DNA from: Octopus vulgaris
Taxonomy: Eukaryota
DNA: 64,000 bases
Assembly: GCA_951406725.2 (NCBI GenBank)
Contig: OX597815.1
Span: 87,358,001 to 87,422,000 of the forward strand
Reading direction: 5' to 3'
Position 1 is the stretch's first letter, and every line of letters starts with the position of its first letter. Under the pieces are notes generated by a model that searched no databases, was not told where the DNA came from, and was given only the letters and a program-made list of their open reading frames with translations. Both the position numbers and the translations under genes were made by a program. Shown in pieces: positions 54,271 through 64,000 of the stretch.

Positions 54271-57247
54271 TCTGTTGTGTTGATGCTGTCAGTACATCTG
54301 CAAGAAATATGAGGAAGTTAAAATTTGGCAACTGCTGTGTAACATGACATTAGATCATTTCCCATTTATGTCCCATTAAAGTTTGCTCAAATATTCAGCC
54401 CACTTTATATATGAATTGAATTCTAACAGATTAGTAAAACAAATTAACAAACAGATAATGATAGTGGTTTTTTTCTTCTTCTCTAATACAATGTTAAGGG
54501 TGCTTTAGAATAGTGCTACTCAAAGTGATGGTCCACAAGCCATCAGCTACTGGTACACGGCAAGTTTCCAGAAAAGAAAGAAACAATTGCATAATTTCAG
54601 CAATTTTGCTTTATGCACTGCAGGAAACAACTTATCAGCTTATATAATATTCTATTATTTGTTTACAAAATAAATATAAGATTTTAAAATTGTCAATTTT
54701 TATTATATTTATTATATATATCATTTCTGGTATAAATTAATATTACTAAGAAATATTACTGGTCCCAGGCACATTGGAAAAAAAAACTGCCAGTACACCA
54801 CATCATATAGTTTGAGAAGCATTGCTTTAGAGTATAACATCTATTTTTTTATTCTCTCAATCTTAGATTTAAACAGGCAACAGAGGCAGTGTATGACTGA
54901 TAGGTGTTTTATTAATTTTCAGTGTTAGGTTCAGCTTTCTTCACACCTGTAAACCATTCTGTCTGTAGGTGATCAAACCAGTTGAAATCACAACCAAGAT
55001 GTCTGAAACTGGCGGAATTGTTAGGAATTCAGTCTCCTTATGACATTTTCATTGATTAAGCTTCACATTATCTTCACCTAAGCATCTGTATTTCTGTAAC
55101 TGACATTTCAAATGTAAATAACCACATAATTTCTTCTCAAAAGTGTTAGTGCCTGGGTCAAATGAGTCATAGGTTATAGTCACGAGGTCAACAATTCATA
55201 TTGTTAAAATCTTTGTATTGTAGTTGTATGCAAGACACTAACTTCTAAAATGGTCCAGTCCATCTAACAGTAAATAGGTAGCAGAAGTGGTATAAATGGC
55301 TGTAACAAACAGATTGCACAGCTGAATTCAGTTTCTCTCAATTTTCATTATTCTAATTCTAGATTGAAACAAACAATAAAAGTAATGTATAGTTGATTTA
55401 AATTTTATCAACCAAAAGTTTCCCTGGGGGGAAATTTGTATAATGTCTGGCTAGTTACTCAGAAACAGGAGTTAAAAGCTTGTCCTACGGATCCTTGCAT
55501 TTGGAGGGAAATTAGCTCTTAGCCCTTTAATACTTTCAAATATTTTACAGAAAGAGAGAGAGAGAGAGAGTGAGAAGGGATAGTATATAAGACAGAAACT
55601 TAATATTGATTTGTTATGTAGAATTTGAAGATACATGACCAAGTTGTTTAGATAGATCCTAAGATCATGAAATTAATTTCTGGACTAGGCAGCACATTAT
55701 GTCCTTGAATAAAGCTCTTCATTTCACATTCTTCCTGTCCATTCAGTTACAAAAGAATTCCATCTGAGTGTTGGTGTAACCCTCTCTCCCTAAAGCTGTC
55801 ACATTCTGGATGTACTACTGGTTCAAGTGTGATGGGGCTAGTAGAGTGTCAATGTCTGTTTATGACTACTCAGGCAGTTAAAACACTGAGTGAAAGTATG
55901 GTATATTTCCAAGCCATACTTGCTTATGAGTTACACCTGGCTGTACTGTACTACGAGGCACAGCGTTAGACTTAACTTTTATAGCTCCATTAACATCCAG
56001 GAAGCAATTTAAAAATTTACCTTTATTTCAATATCTGATTAGTATTTTGCTCACCTTTTCGATGAGGAAAATATACAAAATTTAATCAATTCCAGTATAT
56101 TATTGGTGACAAGTAATCTTGTAAGTAGGTAGTATACTAAGATGTGCACAACAACTGATTTTTCAGTCACAGCTATTTAACTTATTTCATTAATGCTTTT
56201 GGGAAAAATATGAACATCACAAATCTCACTTCTCTATCCCTCGAATCAATAGTTCCTATTACTGACAATGGATAACTCTGATCATGAACTGGAAGATTCA
56301 GGACTTTAACTTATCTAATATTAAAAAAATCAAAAATATTTCATTTACAACAAAAATATTGCATGTTTAAATAGCAAGATTTCATACAAGCAGAGGTCTC
56401 TGTTGAACTATCTTCTGTCTCCTCTACAACTACTTCAATGGCCTTCTCTTTGTATTTGCTGACAGCACATTCCTACCAATAAAACAGTTTGCTCACTCCA
56501 GCATATTTCATTATCTTCCCAACCCTCTTCTTTCTGGATTAACTCATTTTCATTCTCAGTGACTATCAGGAAAATTAATTTCTTACATCACACACCAAAA
56601 TGTTCTCTCTTTTAAGAAATTTGATAGTAATATTTCTATCGTTTTCCATCTTGTCAATTAAATCTTTCACTATATTTAGCATGATAATCTCATAGTTAAG
56701 TTGCTTGCCTATAAGCACCATTTATCTTTCATTGTTTGGACTGGAAATATTCTGTCAGAATACTTCACTGAATATATATTTGTAGTGCTCTCTCACTCCG
56801 ACCTTAATTCAATGAATTCAGATATCTTTTGATATTCTAATCTTCTACATTAATCTAACTAACCACACATACTTCTGCATAGTTGATACAACCTTTTTTT
56901 ACCCTTTGTATTCAGGTGTCATTAAGAGGCAATCTCTTAACAGAAATCTTGAAAATATATGTCACCAGAAGCATGGCAATCTCATTTCTTCAATAATATC
57001 TAAAAATAACATAAGAAGGAAACAATCTTGCACAACACTCTCATTAGACATGAACACACACATCCCCCAACCTCACCAAAGTCCTTATAATTGCTTGTTG
57101 TATGAAATACAATGTTTCATAGTAATCTCACTTTTAACATTGTCAAAACTTCATCCCAAACATTGGGCTCCCTCTTCAGTGTCAGATTATACTCTGGTTG
57201 TAACAGATGCTTAACAAAACTTATGCATGGCTGACAGAATTATGTTC

Positions 57248-60200
57248 AGTCATGTCATACTGCATTCATCCGAGTAAAGTCATAGTCACATGCAATACTT
57301 TGTATTCAGAAGCTTTGTTTAGCTGAATAACCAAGCTCTTACATCGATTTTGGAGCTATCTTAGTCTTAATCAGCCCATAAGAATCATGAAATCAATGTT
57401 GGTTTCATAAGAGCAGCAATTTTTGGGGAGGTAGGTAAGTTGATTACATCAACCCGAGTGCTCAACTGGTATATATTTCACCAACCCTGAAAGAATGAAA
57501 GGCAAAGCTGGCCTCAGTTGAATTTGAAATCAAAATGTTAAGCCAGAAGAAATGTTAAGCATTTCACCAAGTGTGCAAACAATTCTGCCAGCTTACTGTC
57601 TTAATCATATACTAATATTAGTAAAACATCACATCTGGAAACAAAATGGTTTTTCATTGAGAACTACACCCAATGATGTTTGCAATATTTGTCCCCGAGT
57701 CAGTTGTAAAATCATAATCATTATTAACAGAGTCTGGAATACCATTCAAAAGAACTTGAAGAGATGCTTCTGTATTTTGTCTGTTATCAATATTTGTGCC
57801 CTTATTTATTTGATCTTCAGGAGTTAGTGTATACTGTTCACCTTCAAAAAAACCACAGCTGTATTATTTCTTACTTGAGATATAAATCTAGCTTGTTCTT
57901 CTACAATGCCAAACTGGAGCAGTAGTTATTGATGACTGTTATTTGTCTACCAAAACAGATGGACTAAAAAGTCTTCCTGAGTAAATAATTGTCTAATAAT
58001 CCAAAAGTATGCAACACAACTATGCCTTAATAGTACCTTTACTTGGTGATTATGTTATTAAACAACTTCAACCATTCTTTCAGGAATTCTATATGAGTCT
58101 GGATGACAGAACATTTGTCATAGCATTACTTGATCTTATCAAGCCATGTACACAAGTGAATATCATGAAATTCACAAGTATTGTCCAACATAAATGGTTC
58201 TGGAGCACAATTTCTGGCAAACATAATTCTTAATACCTGCTAAACAGTTTCTGCTTCATCATTCTGAACTTTTATTACTTCTGGCCATCTCGATTATTAA
58301 GAGCTGTCTGCAATTCTTACAACTAATTGATGATCTGATAATATACCCTCCTTTGTTAGTCTAAATAAAAGAAGCAATTCATCAGTCTCTAACGCAAACT
58401 TAGCTCAATTGATTATCATCCTTGTAAATTCTGATAATTTTTTATCTTATATACCTTCATATGAAGAATTTTTAGTTTTACCACCGATACACACATCATC
58501 TTGATAAATAACATTATCAATGTCATTTCCAACATGATCTATTACTTTGTGAATCAAGCACTGGCTATTTTAATTTTGTGCAGAAGACCTGTTCATCTTA
58601 AAAGAATTCTTAATGTACTTATGTAGTAACTTCTCTTGCTTCAGAATAATTTCTGTATAATGGTATCTCCCTTTTAAATCAAAATTTAGCAAAATAATTC
58701 ATGCCAGAAAGAGAATGAAACATTGATTCAGTATCTGGAACTGGATAAGAATCTGAATTTGTTCATTTACACATATTTTATAGACTTTACATATTCAGGG
58801 ATATTTGCATATGCACAACAGCTAAAAGAAAGGTCCCTGGAAGAACATCTAATTTCCTCAGCTTTTTTATGACTAATGGTTTAATGTGTATTGGCAATGG
58901 CCTAACTCGATTCTTCTTTAGCTACTTACATCCACACCCATACACAAAATATCACCATTCACTTATTAATGTGTAGTTTGCATCCCCTGCTGTCCTTATT
59001 GTCTATTTCCTTTGAGAAGAATGTTAACCATAAAACCTTTTGATTTCCTAAATTGTCCTCAAGCTTCAATTTATGAATTAATGTTCAACTATCAATAATC
59101 ATCCTATTGATAACAAGCAACCAAGATTTTTTTTTACACTCAGCAACAAGGACAATAACAATTTTGATGCTCTTGATAGCTTCCAGCATCTATTCATTAA
59201 CCTTGCCCATAATCATAATGAGTGATACATCAAATTATTTTAGTTTAATTCTGATTTATTTAAATTGATCCAGAAGTTCAGATGTATTGGTTAGCTGAAT
59301 GTTAACAAACCAACATCTTAATGTTACATCATCAGGTTTTACATTGACTATTGCAGTATTTTTTAGGCCAATTTCATAAATATTCATAGAATCACCAGTT
59401 TCAGTTTCCTCAAACTTTTTTTTATACTACTTGAAAGCAATTCGTTTTCTTTCTCTCACTGTTAATACATATCTTACTACATACAAGATATTATGATGGT
59501 GCATGGTTATAGCCACACAATGCAACATTTATAACTAGATTTATACTTGTTTCTGCCAACATTTGACAGTGATATTATCAAAATCACTATTATATCCTAT
59601 TCTGTACATGAGACATCTGAAATTTAAAGATCACTTCAAGCTGTTGATGAATTCAATGCATGCATTAAGCTTGGGGTCAATTGAGTGAAAATGTTCATGA
59701 TGCTCAAATTACTGCATGCCATCAATGAGCCTCATTTGAATATCATCTTCTATAATGTCCTTCAATTTCAGTTCTTTTCAAAATTCACGAAACCAAACTT
59801 ACATAATTTCTGAGAATAACTTTGAATTGATTCTGTCAGATTTTGATGTGTTAATAAATAATTTGCAGTAATTATCAATTTCTTTTGGAGTTGAAAGGAC
59901 AACACTATCCCTCATGTTAAACAGATAAAACCCCTTTCTTCAAGTTACATGGGTTTCCCTGTTGATGAAATTTTTTATGTGGCAATCATACCTTGCTTTG
60001 ATAAAAACAAAATTGTTCTGTTCATTAAAAATAAAAATCTATTAGTGTTCAGAAGCTTTTTCGCTTTTACTGTGACATAACTCCACATGTGTACCCACCT
60101 CCAATTTTGTTTCCTCATAACTTCCAGAAAAATAGATATTTTTTAATGAAATTTGTAACAAATACGTTTCAGATGGTGTAGATTCCGATTATATCAGGAT

Positions 60201-61141
60201 CTGTTGTAAGAAGAAAAAAAAAAAAAAAAAAAAAAAAAATTCGTGAGTAGAATAAGTTTCGGAAAATTCATGCGAATCAGCTTTGTTTCCTCATGATTTT
60301 CAGAAAAATAGATATTTTTTAATGAAATTTTCACCTTTCAGAGTGTGTAGACTACGATTATATTATAATTTATTATGAAAAAGAAAATTGGTGAGCACAT
60401 ACACATATATACTGACACACATATATATTTACAAAACGAAGCTTGACATTTCGGAAGAAACTGTGATGTGTGTCAGTATATATGTGTGTTCGTCAATTTT
60501 CTTTTTCATTTTAAATAATCGTAATTTACGTACTCTGTAAGGTACCTGGGACCTTTTCAATCCGAAGTTTCAAAGTGTTTAGTTAAAAAAAAAAAAAAAA
60601 ACTTAAACTTGTGCTTGAGATTAAAAAAGTCAGGTATTTGTAGAAAATTTTATTAAAAAATATCCATTTTCCCGAAAGTTATAAGGAAACAAAACCGACA
60701 CATGTGAATTTTCCGAAATTCCACACCCTACCCTCGGAAAAAATTTTTTTTCAACACAAATTCCAATATAATCGTTATCTACACCATCTGAAGCGTATTT
60801 GTATAAGATTTCATTGAAAAATATCCATTTTTTAAAAAAGTTATGTGGTAACAAAGCAGGTGGGGAGAACACATGTGGAGGTATGTCCTTAGTGCTATAA
60901 GAATGCTTCGCAGTTACACCTTTATTATATCTGGGTCATAGAATAAAAGTTCGTTGTTTTTAACCGGCGACGCCATTATCGTGTCAAATTGTATTTATTC
61001 AAGTGAAGCCGTAGAAGCACGCGATTCTTTACCTTCAGAGGCTTTGTTAATCCGAATATTTAAGCTCTGATATTAAACCGGTAGCTATCCATAAGCGTGT
61101 GAAATATATATTACCAATATTAGCATAGCAATGACATCACA
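57248..61141 (-). mobile_element. Old, internally deleted Ty3/gypsy LTR retrotransposon retaining both LTRs
   Basis: 5' LTR ~60976-61141 (starts TGTGATG, AATAAA near its end), then PBS-like TGGCGTCGCCGG (60964-60975). A gag-like region lies at ~59450-59950. RT: DSYPVPDTESMFHSLSGMNYFAKF (58681-58753) and YQDD (58495-58506). Integrase: SRWPEV...LRIMFARNCAPEPFMLDN..EF (58140-58293). The homologous 3' LTR (~57248-57637) is split by a SINE. Confidence 0.85.
60068..60893. mobile_element. Foldback/MITE-like element nested in the gypsy element
   Basis: 60075-60335 and 60635-60887 are ~260-bp inverted repeats, each made of two subunits. An inner inverted pair lies at 60340-60420 / 60468-60536. Confidence 0.75.
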
Positions 61142-62246
61142 TATATCTGGTCTGATAACTACACACAGAAGCAACCTCCACTGCTCTGAAACGGACCATC
61201 GGACAGCTTGGCTCCTATTAATCAGCATATAGTAATTCAAAGTAAACACTAACTGCACTGCCCCACCTTTTATTAAAAAAAAAACTGTCTATGAAGGCAT
61301 CCTAAGACTCACTAATAAAATTCTTATGAAAACAATAAATGATCTTATATTTAGCTGTCAACATGTAAGGACAGACATACTGCTAGTAGTTAAAATATTT
61401 CAACACCGGTGTACAATTTTGCTTGTCACCCACTTCGGACCCAATAAACTAAGTAATGGAATTATTTTAATCGATTGTGCCCACCCACTCAAATGTAATC
61501 GTGTATTGCATGAGTTCAAATCCTACAGACTTTTGCTTTCATTCATCGAGAACTGATTCAATAAGTATTAGTCAAGTACTGAAGTTAATATAATCGACTT
61601 TTCTTTTCCTCCAAAATGCGTGGTCTTGTACCTATGTTAAAAGTAATTTTTAAGAGAGACAGGTAAAACAGTGAAATGGCCGATGAAATACCATGCTGTA
61701 TAAAGCTCCGTCTTTTTACATTCTGAGCAGAAATTATATCGAGATTGGTTTTGCTTTCCATCCTTGTGGGAGTAAATAAATACCGAGATACATTAAATCA
61801 AATATACCCTTTCCCCACAAAATTAGTAACCTTACGTTTGAGTTGGACAGAAATTATTATTCGATGTGTCCACATGCAGCTGTTAGCTTAAGGTGTGACG
61901 ATGTGGGTTGCGAAGTAAGGGAGATCACTCCATGTGCCAACAAGAAGGTGAGAATTATGAATTACAGCTGGTTGGCGTTTGAAAACAGAAAGCTGTCTTA
62001 AATTATCGCACATTACTACAGTCCTAGAGGAAGTTATGGTTCATATGGTTTTAAAAGTAATATAATATATAGAAAGAAATATATTATAGTTTTTGCAATG
62101 CTTGATATTTCTTAAGGCGCTACATACCGTGGATCATAACTAAAGCGTCATGCTGACTCTAGGATATCACAGTCTGTCCAAAGAACCAGTCGACAAACAC
62201 CTGTATTTCCTTGACCATAATGTGGTTTAATACTTCTACATTACAG

Positions 62247-62295
62247 TATGGAGCTTGAGCGTCTTGAAGAGAAATTTGAACTTTTGAGAAATGAA
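62247..62295 (+). CDS. Candidate short coding exon of an unidentified plus-strand gene (coiled-coil-like)
   Basis: Acceptor ttctacattacag|, donor |gtaagt, and an open frame T-ATG...: MELERLEEKFELLRNE. No homology recognised. Confidence 0.35.
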
Positions 62296-64000
62296 GTAAG
62301 TTTAACGCAAAAAATATCTGTACAGAACTACAACACTCAATGGTTTTTCTTTATATCTTGAGATGACACTCACTCATTGTTTACTAAATTCCATTGTGGT
62401 TTCTTCTCTGCGATCTCTCAAACAAACCACCCACCACCTTTTCTTCATATCTCAAAGTTATGTGGAACGGCATGAACATCTCAGTTTTCATGTTATCTTT
62501 TATGTGTACGAGGTTCTCGTAAAGGAAGTCATTATGCATCACCTTTTACCTATGGCCATATTTTGATTCAACTCCTCGCATTTCCTACGTTTATTTAGAG
62601 AATTATAGCATAGCTTAGGAAATATTTAATGAACACACCCGCCACCCATATATATATACATATATATTATCTATAAATATGTGTGATTGGGAATCATTCT
62701 GTCATCTTAAACGATATTGAATCCTTGTCATTTAGAAAACATCTTCAGGAAATTCTTGATGAAAACAGATTTTTGTGAATACGTGTTTTTATAAGTGTAC
62801 ATATTTTATACATGTATTTCACCTTCTCAACTAGATAGTGTGAAAATGCATGTGTGGGGGTATATATAGATATAAGAACAAGCACCTTAGACGAGTAATA
62901 ACTTCTTTTTTTTTTTTGTACTTTAATTGAAACCATTTCACTTTTATAACGTGTCTGTTTGGTGATTGTCAGCGGTTCGGAAATATGGGTTCCATCAGAT
63001 TCGTGTCTGTTTTGATATTTCGCCAAGTTCGAAAGCTTCAATGATACTCCAACGATTCAATTTGCTCCAAAACATCAACATAAATATTTATGTAAAACAT
63101 AGATGTGTGTGCATGTACTCACTAAGTTTAAGAAATATTGAATACCTTCCAACGCTCTATGAATTGTTTTTTTTTTAACTATCTGAAGACAGGAGCCAGT
63201 ATTACAATTAATTAACGTACTCTTTTCTTCATTAGCTTCGTTGTCTTTGTTAAACCACGGCGTCTTTTTGCCTATTAATTGTACGGGTAACTGTGATTTA
63301 ATATCCGTGATCATTTGGCTCGGCGTGCAGCACATTAATCTTTAGGTTTCGATTAAAGCTGATAGTCAGTCAAATAACTAAGTAGAAACCAGAAGTCCGG
63401 TGTTTCAGACATGTGAAGACCACAGTATGCATACTCCGACAGCGTGTGCTTGTTGCATTCTCTCCGTTGTCCAGTTTGTTTTCGTTTACCTCTTGTAAAC
63501 CCCGATCGAGGAAACCTGCGATTAAAGGCATTCAAGCCATTACCATCACGTCTTTTTAGGGAGATCTAGTATTACATTATCAATGTATTCATCCCTTATT
63601 TATTGATAGTAGCAAGTGATATAAGGGAAACTTGGTCGCGATCACTTAGAGGCTCCTCTGTAAATTCTAGTGGTGACTACATTAGATGTGAGCAACATTA
63701 CAACGGTATTTATGTTGGTATGCATCTCATCACAATATTTGAAAGTAATGACGGTAATGCTACCAGTGATATTTTTGCGTTCCTCGAAAAAGGGTAGTAT
63801 TGATATTGCAGTAATTTGTAGCGTTTAGTAGATGTGTTTGGGGATGATTGAACACAGCATATACGGAATGTCAAGGACTCTGTATTTGTATGTAGGTAAT
63901 TCATAGCATTTGTTTTTTATGTGCATGTATATGTTTATATTGTTGTTGCTTCTGCTTTGATCCCTGACTCTTAAGGCTTTCATCACGTTAACTAGCGCTT

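Overview
AT-rich eukaryotic genomic DNA with many microsatellites. It is most likely an octopus (coleoid cephalopod), inferred from the tRNA-derived SINEs, the RTE tails ending in (GAT)n and the Helitrons. Only one host coding exon is well supported: exon 1 of an STE20-like kinase (SLK/STK10 family, minus strand, 34328-34495). It lies in a CpG-richer region (~31.5-36 kb) with YY1 and CRE motifs, and I could not find exon 2 in the 34 kb downstream. The rest is mostly decayed mobile DNA: RTE and R4/Dong-type LINEs, Penelope-like pieces, a Tc1-type element with a D-35-E spacing, Helitrons, piggyBac- and hAT-type MITEs, and an old two-LTR Ty3/gypsy element carrying a nested foldback element. The most unusual items are a degenerate hammerhead-ribozyme-like motif (~40.8 kb), asymmetric CpG decay between the two gypsy LTRs beside a possible unannotated plus-strand gene (~62 kb), and several long hairpins. 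I found no evidence for a novel multi-gene system. All alignments and translations were done by eye, so TE boundaries are approximate.
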